DNA of 43,771 nt from a virus: the UHGV virus genome UHGV-0190965; one strand, given 5' to 3'. The notes under the pieces were generated by a model. It saw nothing but the letters and a program-made list of their open reading frames with translations. It ran no database searches and was not told where the DNA came from. How positions within the stretch are numbered: position 1 is the stretch's first letter; each line of letters starts with the position of its first letter. The translations under genes were made by a program, and so were the position numbers. Shown piece by piece: positions 30,031 to 38,009 of this stretch.

Positions 30031-30429
30031 ATGAGTAAGTCTGCAATTTACACGACCAACGTCAGCAATCCCACCGTTGCGGTCGGCGGCATCGTGCCGG
30101 TCGGCAGCACGACGCGCCGCTATGGCTGCAACATCCGCCAGGACGGCAACGCGATTACGCTGTGTGGGCAGGGCTATTACCTTGTCAATGTCAGCGCGAC
30201 GGTCGCGCCCACGGCTGCCGGTACGGTCAGCCTGACCGCGCAGAAGGACGGCGTCGCCATCATCGGTGCGACGGCAGCTCAGACGGTCGCGGCGAACGGC
30301 GTGGCAAACCTCAATATTACGGCTATCGTGCGTAACGCCTGCGGCTGTGACGGCTCCCTGCTGTCGCTGGCGCTTGACGGCGTGGCATCGGTCGTCAATA
30401 ACCTTGCGGTCACGGTCGAAAAACTGTGA
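30031..30429 (+). CDS. Cassette protein 4 (beta-sandwich, BclA-CTD/C1q-like)
   Basis: AGGAGG SD; all-beta pattern ITLCGQGYYLVNVSATV...NLAVTVEKL. Confidence 0.75.
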   Translation: MSKSAIYTTNVSNPTVAVGGIVPVGSTTRRYGCNIRQDGNAITLCGQGYYLVNVSATVAPTAAGTVSLTAQKDGVAIIGATAAQTVAANGVANLNITAIVRNACGCDGSLLSLALDGVASVVNNLAVTVEKL

Positions 30430-30437
30430 GGTGCGCC

Positions 30438-30746
30438 ATGAAGCTCATCGAAAAACTGTCGGCGATGGTCGACGAAGAGATCGAGGACGCGAAGAAGTAC
30501 GCGAAATGCGCCCTCGAGTACAAGGACGAATGTCCTGCTCTTGCGAAGACGTTTTACGAGCTTTCCGGCGAAGAGATGCATCACATGACGATGCTCCACG
30601 CCGAGGTCGCTGGCGTCATCCAGAAGTACCGGCAGGAGCACGGCGAGCCGCCCGAGGGCATGAAGTGTCTCTATGACTATCTGCACAGGAAGCAGATAGA
30701 TAAAGCGGCGGAAGTGAAACGCTTGCAGGACATGTTCCGGGAGTAG
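30438..30746 (+). CDS. Cassette protein 5 (ferritin-like helical protein)
   Basis: GAGGTG SD; EEIEDAKKY...EEMHH (ExxH) pattern. Confidence 0.75.
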   Translation: MKLIEKLSAMVDEEIEDAKKYAKCALEYKDECPALAKTFYELSGEEMHHMTMLHAEVAGVIQKYRQEHGEPPEGMKCLYDYLHRKQIDKAAEVKRLQDMFRE

Positions 30747-30882
30747 ACCTGTTAGGGATTTGTTAGCAACCGCGAAGGAATGAAGCGGAATAGCGAGGCG
30801 TTTTGTCTCACATTCTTGCATTTATTCCGCCTTGTTCCGTGTTATTGTAACATAATTCCACAAAGCGCGCGTTCGTAGCTAT

Positions 30883-30927
30883 TTGACGTGCATGGGGTCA
30901 TAGGTTCGAGTCCTATACCGCGCACCA
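30883..30927 (+). other. attP core: 3' half of tRNA-Val(GAC)
   Basis: Anticodon loop TTGACGT, T-arm ATAGG-TTCGAGT-CCTAT, acceptor strand and CCA; no D-arm. Confidence 0.85.
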
Positions 30928-30929
30928 GA

Positions 30930-30970
30930 GAAAAGCCTTGAAACTCAACGGTTTCAGGGCTTTTCCTTTT
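30930..30970. terminator. Bidirectional terminator between the tRNA fragment and the integrase
   Basis: GAAAAGCCTTGAAAC...GTTTCAGGGCTTTTC plus T-run. Confidence 0.75.
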
Positions 30971-32069
30971 TGCTGTTTTCAGACACTGTTTGTAGCGTGT
31001 TAGTAACGGCGGCAACGAGCGTATCGGGATCAAGGTGTGTGTAAATGTTCGCAGTGGTAGAATAATCCGCGTGACCGATGATTTTTTGAAGAAATTCCGG
31101 GGGCAGACCTTCCTTGACCGCGCGCGTGGCGTAAGTGTGGCGCGTGGCATGGGGGGTCTTTCTTTTTATCCCGAGGCGATCCAGCATAGGGTAATAGTCG
31201 CGGCGGCGGAAGTTGGCGGGGATCTTCTGCCCCTCGTATCCGGAGAGCAGCAGCTTTCCAGTCGCCTTTGCTGCGAAGTAGGCAAAATACGGTTTCCCCT
31301 CCGGGCGGATCGGAATGACGCGATCCCGTCCGGCTTTTGTTTTCTCACCACCGACTACATAGGTTTTGTGATAATCAGCGAGCGGCAGGGAGAACAACTC
31401 ACCGATGCGCATGCCGGTGGCAAGGAGCATGAGGACGATCTTTGCGGCGTCGCTTCCGTCTGCCTCGATCTTCTCGATCTCTTCCGTGGTGAATACTTCC
31501 TTTTCTTTCTTGACGTTCTCGGGAAGCTTGACGAATTTTGCAAAGTTGGTGGAGCAGATTTCCTCGCGGATCGCCCAATTCGACATTTGCGTGATGAGCT
31601 GCTTGTACTTCGACACGGTGGAGTGGGATTTGCTCATGTGGATATCCACAACGGACTGGAAGTCGGAAGCGCGCAGGTCACGGAATTTCTTATCGTAGAG
31701 GGGCTTGAACACCTTGTAGGCGTTTTCATAGGATTCTACGCCGGAGGGGCCAATCTCACGGAAATGCTCGTCCTTCCAATCTTCGTACACTTCGGAAAAG
31801 GTCATATTGTATCGCTCGTCCAGCGGACGGCCTGTAAGCCGCTCTAAGGCATCTGCGGCGTCGGTCTTGCGGGGGTAGTATCCGATGATAACCCGATTCT
31901 TTGCGGCGACCCATGGGCGCGATCTGCGCCCGGAGAGCTTATATACCGTTCCGGTGCCGTTGGCGCGCTTGAGCGCCTTGCGCTTTTCCGGCACTTGCTT
32001 TTTGCCGCACATAGGACAAAACAGCGCGCCTTCCGGCAGCGCTGCTTTACATTTGATGCAATTCACCAT
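30954..32069 (-). CDS. int: Tyrosine integrase with N-terminal Zn ribbon
   Basis: TGMRIGE, KT, HATRH, IGH and IYTH catalytic motifs; RANGTGTVYKL arm-binding domain; GGAGG SD before ATG32069. Confidence 0.95.
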   Translation of the reverse strand: MVNCIKCKAALPEGALFCPMCGKKQVPEKRKALKRANGTGTVYKLSGRRSRPWVAAKNRVIIGYYPRKTDAADALERLTGRPLDERYNMTFSEVYEDWKDEHFREIGPSGVESYENAYKVFKPLYDKKFRDLRASDFQSVVDIHMSKSHSTVSKYKQLITQMSNWAIREEICSTNFAKFVKLPENVKKEKEVFTTEEIEKIEADGSDAAKIVLMLLATGMRIGELFSLPLADYHKTYVVGGEKTKAGRDRVIPIRPEGKPYFAYFAAKATGKLLLSGYEGQKIPANFRRRDYYPMLDRLGIKRKTPHATRHTYATRAVKEGLPPEFLQKIIGHADYSTTANIYTHLDPDTLVAAVTNTLQTVSENSKKEKP

Positions 32070-32070
32070 G

Positions 32071-32484
32071 TCAGCCCCTCCAAAATCCATAGTCTATGCA
32101 GTGAAAATCAATGTACACGCACCACACAGTGAGAAAAACGATGATGAGGAACATTATAGCAATTACGCTGTTTCGGATACGGACGCCGCGCCGCATGATC
32201 TCGATGGTATCAGCCTTTGCGTCAACGTGGCGTTCCAGCTCATCGTTGCGCGCCTGCAAGGTTTCCTCGGTTGGTGTCAAGTGTTCGGAAATGCCGAACA
32301 CTTCATCAAGGGATATGCCGAGCGCTTTGCAGATCGGCGCGACGGTGTAAATGGACGGGGCTTTCGACAGCTTGGAAAAGAAATTTTGCACGGTGGACAG
32401 CGGCACACCGGAAGCGTCGGAAATGTCATGGTAGGTCAATTTCAGTTCTTCTTTACGGATTCTACACAGCTCTTGAATGTTCAT
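32071..32484 (-). CDS. XRE-HTH protein with coiled coil and C-terminal TM helix
   Basis: LTYHDISDASGVPLSTVQNFF HTH; IAIMFLIIVFLTVWCVYI TM segment. Confidence 0.8.
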   Translation of the reverse strand: MNIQELCRIRKEELKLTYHDISDASGVPLSTVQNFFSKLSKAPSIYTVAPICKALGISLDEVFGISEHLTPTEETLQARNDELERHVDAKADTIEIMRRGVRIRNSVIAIMFLIIVFLTVWCVYIDFHCIDYGFWRG

Positions 32485-32650
32485 TTACATCACCTTAACT
32501 TTTCCGGTTTCCGCCTGTTTGGGGTGCCAAAAGTGGGTCTGTCGAACGCGGTCGAATGCCGTCATGTTGCAAGGTCTTGTTATTGAAGTAGCAAGGTAAA
32601 GCGCGATATGGTCAAAACAAGCAGCGGCGACCGCTCCCCGCTGCTGCTGA

Positions 32651-32688
32651 AAAGCCCTCGCCGTTGTTGCAGAGGCGGCGAGGGCTTT
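32651..32688. terminator. Bidirectional terminator-like hairpin
   Basis: AAAGCCCTCGCCG...CGGCGAGGGCTTT perfect 13-bp inverted repeat. Confidence 0.7.
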
Positions 32689-32690
32689 AC

Positions 32691-33599
32691 TCAAATATCC
32701 GGGAAATAATCTTTCGGCACTTCATCGGTGCTCATATTCCCGTTGGATACTTTATAGAGAGTTAGCGTCCACCCGTAAACCATTTCGTCATCTGCGGTAA
32801 ATTCAAGTGTTTCGTTGCATTTGAAATACTCGGTGCTTTCTCCAAACTTATACTCTTTCCCGTACCAGTCCGAACCATACGCATAATATATCGCGTATGT
32901 GCCGAGCGGCACATCTACTTCGGCACTCCTTGCCGACACGAGGAAAGACATTGCCCCGTTGGATCTTGCCTCTCCGTCGATCGGTTTTAACACGATATAG
33001 AAATTGGAATCTCCAGCAGTTTGCACTGTCAAAGGTGCGACCTGATCGCCGGACGGGTATGTGACAACCTGCCCATTGTAAAAGCTCACAGGTTGCAGTG
33101 GGACGAGCCTGCCGCCTCCACCACTAACCGTTTCAGCCGGGGGCTTTACTGGTGGCGGATCATTCATGTCGGACTCGTTCAATGGCCCTGAACTTTCAAT
33201 CGAAACCCAGATGATCCCGCAGATGACGGCTGCAAAACACAGCGGCTTTAATACTGCCAACAGGAGATCAACTTCCGGAGAGCGCTGCTTTCTGCTGGTC
33301 TGTTTCCGCCTATTTCTTTTGGCTTCGTTTTCTAAAACCATCTGCCGATAGACACGGTATTGCTCGACGGTCATCCCCATCATGAATGCGTCGTATTCTT
33401 CCTGCGTCATTTGCGTTAGGTCGGTGACCTCTTGACACTCTTCAGCGGCTGGCTGCTTAACCGGCTCAGGGGCGGTTGCTTGATTTTCGTTGTCAGTGCC
33501 TTTGCGCTTGACCGAGACTGCCTTCACGACCTTCTTTATTTTCCGCTGCTGATATTGCGTTTGCTTTGCAAAATAATTCGGGTCGGTATAAAGCCCCAC
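32691..33599 (-). CDS. Single-pass membrane protein with external beta-rich domain
   Basis: GGGAGGG SD before GTG33599; basic N-terminal part, TM segment, Pro linker, acidic/aromatic C-terminal domain. Confidence 0.7.
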   Translation of the reverse strand: MGLYTDPNYFAKQTQYQQRKIKKVVKAVSVKRKGTDNENQATAPEPVKQPAAEECQEVTDLTQMTQEEYDAFMMGMTVEQYRVYRQMVLENEAKRNRRKQTSRKQRSPEVDLLLAVLKPLCFAAVICGIIWVSIESSGPLNESDMNDPPPVKPPAETVSGGGGRLVPLQPVSFYNGQVVTYPSGDQVAPLTVQTAGDSNFYIVLKPIDGEARSNGAMSFLVSARSAEVDVPLGTYAIYYAYGSDWYGKEYKFGESTEYFKCNETLEFTADDEMVYGWTLTLYKVSNGNMSTDEVPKDYFPDI

Positions 33600-33623
33600 A
33601 ATAATTCCCTCCCATGATCGGTG

Positions 33624-33658
33624 GCCGTGGTGAAATGAACCGCGGCGCGGTATATGAT
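33624..33658 (+). promoter_or_regulatory. Fourth copy of the late-promoter motif, antisense to the repressor operon
   Basis: GCCGTGGTGA followed by TATGAT at the same 20-nt offset as the other three copies. Confidence 0.55.
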
Positions 33659-33692
33659 AATTGAAACTATTTATATACGGAGGATAAAAGAG

Positions 33693-33941
33693 ATGAATGA
33701 AAAGCAGAGAGCCGCTTACCTCAAGATGACAGAAGAAGAGAAGAAAGAATTCCTTCGGGGAGAGGTGAAGCGGATCGCCGCGCTGCCGGAAAACGAACAC
33801 GACGCGGCCTTTGACGCGCTGCGCGAGGCCGTCATGCCGAAAATCACCGATCTTCCGGCGAAGGGGAGCGATCTGACCTACGGTGAATATTGTCAAAAGA
33901 AAGGTCTCGATTGGCGTACAGGGGAACCCAGCCGCGCATGA
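33693..33941 (+). CDS. Small charged helical protein convergent with and overlapping the repressor
   Basis: GGAGG SD at 33679-33683, ATG33693, 82 aa; own promoter motif upstream and terminator downstream. Confidence 0.6.
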   Translation: MNEKQRAAYLKMTEEEKKEFLRGEVKRIAALPENEHDAAFDALREAVMPKITDLPAKGSDLTYGEYCQKKGLDWRTGEPSRA

Positions 33942-34404
33942 GGTCGCCATAGGGCACGCAGAAAGCAGCAGCAACGCGGCGCAGCTGCTCGTCGGTGGGC
34001 GCTTCCAGCCCCAGTGCGATATTCCCCGCCACGTTAAAGTCGCAGCCGATGATCTGCTGCAACGTGGCCGTCGGGACCTTATACTGCGCGGCCAGAATCG
34101 CGACAGGGTGCGGCGACCAGATGCGCGCGGTATCCATATCTACATACGGGCGTTCGTCCTCTTTGGGGGCGGACGCTTTTTTTGCGCCCTCTTCCGGCAG
34201 TACGGGAAGCTCGTCGCCGTCCAGCTCGGCAAGGGAGATGCCGAAATGGTCGGCAATCTTCTGGCGGGTCTTTTGGTGCGGAACAACACCGTTATCAAGC
34301 CAGTTAATAAGAGACGATTGACTGCAACCGAAAAGTTTTGCAAGTCGGTAGTTGGTTAGATTCTCTTTTTCTTTTATATACTTCAAGTTTTGTGCAAAGC
34401 TCAT
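33844..34404 (-). CDS. CI-like repressor with two HTH-like domains
   Basis: LTNYRLAKLFGCSQSSLINW HTH; second HTH-like block ...PTDEQLRRVAAAFCVPYGDL; divergent from the cro-like gene. Confidence 0.8.
   Translation of the reverse strand: MSFAQNLKYIKEKENLTNYRLAKLFGCSQSSLINWLDNGVVPHQKTRQKIADHFGISLAELDGDELPVLPEEGAKKASAPKEDERPYVDMDTARIWSPHPVAILAAQYKVPTATLQQIIGCDFNVAGNIALGLEAPTDEQLRRVAAAFCVPYGDLMRGWVPLYANRDLSFDNIHRRSDRSPSPEDR
34150..34183 (+). terminator. Plus-strand terminator inside the repressor linker
   Basis: GCGTTCGTCC / GGGCGGACGC stem (with G-U pairs) followed by T7. Confidence 0.6.
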
Positions 34405-34448
34405 AAAAATATCCCTTCAACTTCGTCAAAATAATACTTCAACCTATA

Positions 34449-34477
34449 TTGACTTATGCTTCAACTTAAAGTATAAT
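34449..34477 (+). promoter_or_regulatory. Early lytic promoter (pR-like)
   Basis: TTGACT-17 nt-TATAAT. Confidence 0.85.
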
Positions 34478-34557
34478 CTTTTTCGTGGATAGGCAATAAG
34501 AGACCTGACCACCCCGGCAAATCGGGCTGGCGCGAATCAATGGTTGTAGCAAAACTT

Positions 34558-34586
34558 AGAGTAGCACCAATGCTCCAATTTGTCAA
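34558..34586 (-). promoter_or_regulatory. Lysogenic promoter for the repressor
   Basis: Minus strand TTGACA-17 nt-TACTCT with TG extended -10. Confidence 0.75.
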
Positions 34587-34615
34587 CATTTTAATCAAAT
34601 TTGGAGGCGAAAAAG

Positions 34616-34822
34616 ATGGGGTTCCCTGAAAACCTTGCTCGGCTACAGGCTGAGCGCGGCGAGACGAATTATCGTCTTGCAAAAGAAATCGACGTTTCGC
34701 AGACGTCGATCAAAAGCTGGAAAGAGGGCGCTTGCTACCCGCACCCGCGCCACATCAAACGGCTTGCCAAGCACTTCAAGGTGAAGGAAGGAGTGCTTAC
34801 GGGTAAGGAGGAGCAAAGATGA
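34616..34822 (+). CDS. Cro-like HTH protein
   Basis: GGAGG SD; ETNYRLAKEIDVSQTSIKSW, similar to the repressor HTH. Confidence 0.85.
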   Translation: MGFPENLARLQAERGETNYRLAKEIDVSQTSIKSWKEGACYPHPRHIKRLAKHFKVKEGVLTGKEEQR

Positions 34823-35025
34823 AAACGATTCAGACGATGGACTTAAACGAGTGCGCGGCGTATCTGAGAGAGCACGGCCTGCGCATCTCGAATGAATCAT
34901 TGGCAGACGGCATTCAGCAGGGCGCGTATCCCTTCGGCGTTTGCATCGAGGGCAAGCGCAGGATCTTCCAGATCTTCACGCGGCTGGTGAACGAGTGGAT
35001 CGCGGAACGTGAGGTGGAAGCATGA
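34819..35025 (+). CDS. Excisionase-like DNA-binding protein
   Basis: MDLNECAAYL...IQQGAYPFG winged-HTH pattern; follows cro. Confidence 0.6.
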   Translation: MKTIQTMDLNECAAYLREHGLRISNESLADGIQQGAYPFGVCIEGKRRIFQIFTRLVNEWIAEREVEA

Positions 35026-35111
35026 CGACGGCTTTTATTATCCTCGGCGTTGGAACGCTGAGCTGGTGGGTCACAAAGCTGCTGGTCGCGCTGGACGGTG
35101 GCAGAAGATGA
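35022..35111 (+). CDS. 29-aa hydrophobic peptide
   Basis: GAGGTG SD; ATGA coupling at both ends; MTTAFIILGVGTLSWWVTKLLVALDGGRR. Confidence 0.55.
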   Translation: MTTAFIILGVGTLSWWVTKLLVALDGGRR

Positions 35112-35644
35112 AGCGATGCGACAAGCGAACGCGGGAGCAGCGCAAAGCGGACGAATCCGCATTGATCGCGGCTGCGTGCCTCGGGGCGGCAATGGTGCTG
35201 GTGGCTGTGGCGCTGCTGCTGACCAGCGCAGACGCAAGCGAGCCGCCGAACGAAGAGCCGGAAGAACCAGTCGTTGAAGTGTATGACCCAGCGTGGGACA
35301 AGCCTGCGACGGAATACGCGTACTGCGATGATGTGTTTCTTGGCGAATTTACGCTGACGGCTTATTGCCCTGGGCGCTGCTGCTGCGGAAAGTGGGCAAG
35401 TGGCTACACCGCGACCGGCACGCTGGCGATCGAGGGGCGCACGATCGCGGTCGACCCGAAGGTGATCCCATACGGGACGCACGTCCTGCTGATCTGGCCG
35501 GACGGCACGCAACACAGCTATATCGCCGAGGACTGCGGCGGCGGCGTAAACGGAAACCACATCGACGTGTTTTTCAACGACCATCAGGCGGCGCGCGTCT
35601 TCGGCGTGCAGAGCGCAATGGTGTATTTGGAGGGAGAACAATGA
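35108..35644 (+). CDS. Membrane-anchored 3D-domain protein
   Basis: TAYC...TATG...IAVDPKVIPYG...AEDCGG...HIDVF with the three Asp residues; N-terminal TM segment. Confidence 0.85.
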   Translation: MKRCDKRTREQRKADESALIAAACLGAAMVLVAVALLLTSADASEPPNEEPEEPVVEVYDPAWDKPATEYAYCDDVFLGEFTLTAYCPGRCCCGKWASGYTATGTLAIEGRTIAVDPKVIPYGTHVLLIWPDGTQHSYIAEDCGGGVNGNHIDVFFNDHQAARVFGVQSAMVYLEGEQ

Positions 35645-35844
35645 TCTATCGCTGCACGTGCTGCCACCTCATTTTTGACGAGCCGGACGTTATGCGGCGG
35701 CGCGAGAACCTTGACGGGGAGCGCGGCGTGGAGACGCAAACGATACTATGCTGCCCTTTCTGTGGGGCGGAAGACATCGAGGTAATGAAAGATGAAGATG
35801 CAGAAGATATCGACGCGCGGGATGAGCCGCGAGGAGTGGCTTAA
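35641..35844 (+). CDS. Small Zn-ribbon protein
   Basis: GGAGGG SD; CTCC...CPFCG. Confidence 0.6.
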   Translation: MIYRCTCCHLIFDEPDVMRRRENLDGERGVETQTILCCPFCGAEDIEVMKDEDAEDIDARDEPRGVA

Positions 35845-36784
35845 AGAGCGCAAGAAGAGCCTCGGCGGCAGCGACATGGGCGCCGTGCTGGGCCTGAATA
35901 AATACCGCTCGCCCTACACGGTATGGGCGGAGAAGACCGGCAGGATCGGCGAAGAGCCGGAAAACGAGGCGATGCGAATCGGGAGAGACCTCGAGGGCTA
36001 TGTCGCAACTCGATTCGAGATAAAAACAGGGTTGCGTGTCCGCAAGGTGAACTACATCCTGCGTAACGATGAGGCTCCGTGCCTACATGCGAACATTGAC
36101 CGTATGGTGTTACCGGCTGGTTGGCACGCGGGCCTTGAATGCAAGACCGCGAATGCGCTGAACATGAAGCGCTATGCAGTTGGCGAATTCCCCGAGAGCT
36201 ATTACGCGCAGTGCGTGACATATCTCGCCGTGACGGGCTGGGAACGCTGGTTCTTGGCGGCGCTGGTGCTGGGCAAGGGCTTTTACTGCTACCAGATCAC
36301 GACCGTTCCCGATGACTATGTTCCCGGATGGTGCGAGAGCAGCGTGTATGTCAGCCCCGACGAGATTGCAGCGTTGAAACGCTGCGCCGCTGACTTTTGG
36401 CACGACTACGTGGAGGCTGACAGCCCGCCGCCGATGGACGGTATGGAGAGCACGACGGAGACGATCACGAGCATCTACGAGGGCGGCGGCGGTGAAGTCG
36501 AGCTGTTCGGGCGTGAGAGGCTTGTCGAGCAGTACCAGTATCTGATGAGCCGCAAGAATGCCATCGAGAAGGGCGCGGACGCCATCAAGCAGCAGCTGAT
36601 GAACGACCTCGGCGACAACGAGACGGGGTTCTGCGGGCGCTACACGGTGAACTGGAAGGGGCAGAGCCGCGCGACGTTTGATGCAAAAGCATTTGCCAAG
36701 GATCACCCAGAAATGGACTTGAGCAGTTACTACAAAACGACAAATTTCCGCAAATTTGCGGTGAAGGAGGAAAAGGAAAGATGA
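35792..36784 (+). CDS. YqaJ/RecE-like exonuclease
   Basis: EWLKERKKSLGGSD, ANID and LECKT motifs. Confidence 0.9.
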   Translation: MKMQKISTRGMSREEWLKERKKSLGGSDMGAVLGLNKYRSPYTVWAEKTGRIGEEPENEAMRIGRDLEGYVATRFEIKTGLRVRKVNYILRNDEAPCLHANIDRMVLPAGWHAGLECKTANALNMKRYAVGEFPESYYAQCVTYLAVTGWERWFLAALVLGKGFYCYQITTVPDDYVPGWCESSVYVSPDEIAALKRCAADFWHDYVEADSPPPMDGMESTTETITSIYEGGGGEVELFGRERLVEQYQYLMSRKNAIEKGADAIKQQLMNDLGDNETGFCGRYTVNWKGQSRATFDAKAFAKDHPEMDLSSYYKTTNFRKFAVKEEKER

Positions 36785-37599
36785 AGGAAGGATTGATTCA
36801 GAACGCGCAGGGTGCACAGGCCGTAAAGAAAGGCAATCCCACGATGCAGCAGTACATCAAGCAGATGGAGGGTGAGATCGCAAAGGCGCTGCCGAGCGTC
36901 ATCACGCCGGAGCGCTTCACGCGCATCACGCTTTCCGCGTTGAGTGCAAACAAACAGCTCGCGCAGACCACGCCGCAGAGTTTCCTCGGCGCGATGATGA
37001 CGGCAGCACAGCTCGGCATGGAGCCGAACACCCCACTTGGGCAGGCGTACCTGATCCCGTACCGCAACCACGGTCAACTGGAATGCCAATTCCAACTGGG
37101 GTACAAGGGGCTTATTGACCTCGCGTACCGCAGCGGTGAGGTCAGCATCATTCAGGCGCAGGTCGTTTACGAGAACGACGAGTTTGAGTATTCCTTTGGC
37201 CTTGAGCCGAAGCTCAACCACAAGCCCGCCTGCGGCGAGCGCGGCGATCCGAAATTCATCTACGCAATGTTCCGCACGAAAGACGGAGGATTCGGCTACG
37301 ACGTGATGAGCGTCGAGGACGTTCGCAACCACGCAAAGCGCTTTTCCAAGGCATACAGCAACGGCCCGTGGCAGACGAATTTCGAGGAAATGGCAAAGAA
37401 GACTGTGCTCAAGCGCGTGCTCAAGTATGCGCCGCTCAAGAGCGACTTTGTTCGCGCGGTGGCGCAGGATGAGACCATCAAAACGAAGATCAGCGAGGAC
37501 ATGTATTCCGTGAGCGATGACATGGTCATCGAGGCGGAGAACTACACCGTGGACGAGATGACCGGCGAGGTTATCGAAAGCGACGGTGACGCGCAGTGA
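36781..37599 (+). CDS. recT: RecT single-strand annealing protein
   Basis: LGQAYLIPY, QLGYKGLIDLAYRSG and PW...EMAKKTV motifs. Confidence 0.92.
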   Translation: MKEGLIQNAQGAQAVKKGNPTMQQYIKQMEGEIAKALPSVITPERFTRITLSALSANKQLAQTTPQSFLGAMMTAAQLGMEPNTPLGQAYLIPYRNHGQLECQFQLGYKGLIDLAYRSGEVSIIQAQVVYENDEFEYSFGLEPKLNHKPACGERGDPKFIYAMFRTKDGGFGYDVMSVEDVRNHAKRFSKAYSNGPWQTNFEEMAKKTVLKRVLKYAPLKSDFVRAVAQDETIKTKISEDMYSVSDDMVIEAENYTVDEMTGEVIESDGDAQ

Positions 37600-37997
37600 G
37601 CCTAAATCGAATCTGTCTGATGGGTCGCATCGGGCGTGAGCTGGAGCTCAAGAAAACAAACAGCGGCGTATCCGTTGTGAGTTTCCCCCTTGCCGTTGAC
37701 CGCAACGGCAAGGATGCCGGGACGGACTGGATCGACGTTGTGGTGTGGCGCGGTACGGCGGAGGTGCTCTGCAACTACGCCGATAAGGGCCGCATGATCG
37801 TCGTCGAGGGGCGCTTACAGATGCGAGACTGGACGGACAAGAACGGAAACAAGCGCCGGAGCGTCGAAGTACAGGCCGACAGCATTTATTTTGCCGACAG
37901 CAGAGCCGGTAACAGCACCCGGGTGCAAAATGCCGCAGAGGGCGCGACAGATGGCTTTGCAGAGGTCAGCGAGGACGACGGCGAGCTACCATTTTAA
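37596..37997 (+). CDS. ssb: Single-stranded DNA-binding protein
   Basis: LNRICLMGR, VEGRLQ and acidic tail DDGELPF. Confidence 0.93.
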   Translation: MSLNRICLMGRIGRELELKKTNSGVSVVSFPLAVDRNGKDAGTDWIDVVVWRGTAEVLCNYADKGRMIVVEGRLQMRDWTDKNGNKRRSVEVQADSIYFADSRAGNSTRVQNAAEGATDGFAEVSEDDGELPF

Positions 37998-38009
37998 GGC
38001 GGTGACGGT

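Larger units (their letters stand above)
30750..31007. mobile_element. attP region with arm-type repeats
   Basis: TGTTAGYAAC-like direct repeats in 11-bp-spaced pairs at 30750/30761 and 30987/30998, flanking the tRNA-derived core and adjacent to the integrase 3' end. Confidence 0.8.

Noticed and set aside
30860..30927. Full phage tRNA gene
   Set aside because: The D-arm and 5' anticodon stem are missing; it is the attP homology segment.
33600..33974. N-terminal extension of the 427-aa minus ORF
   Set aside because: Overlaps the repressor and the plus-strand ORF; a good SD and GTG at 33599 give the likely start.
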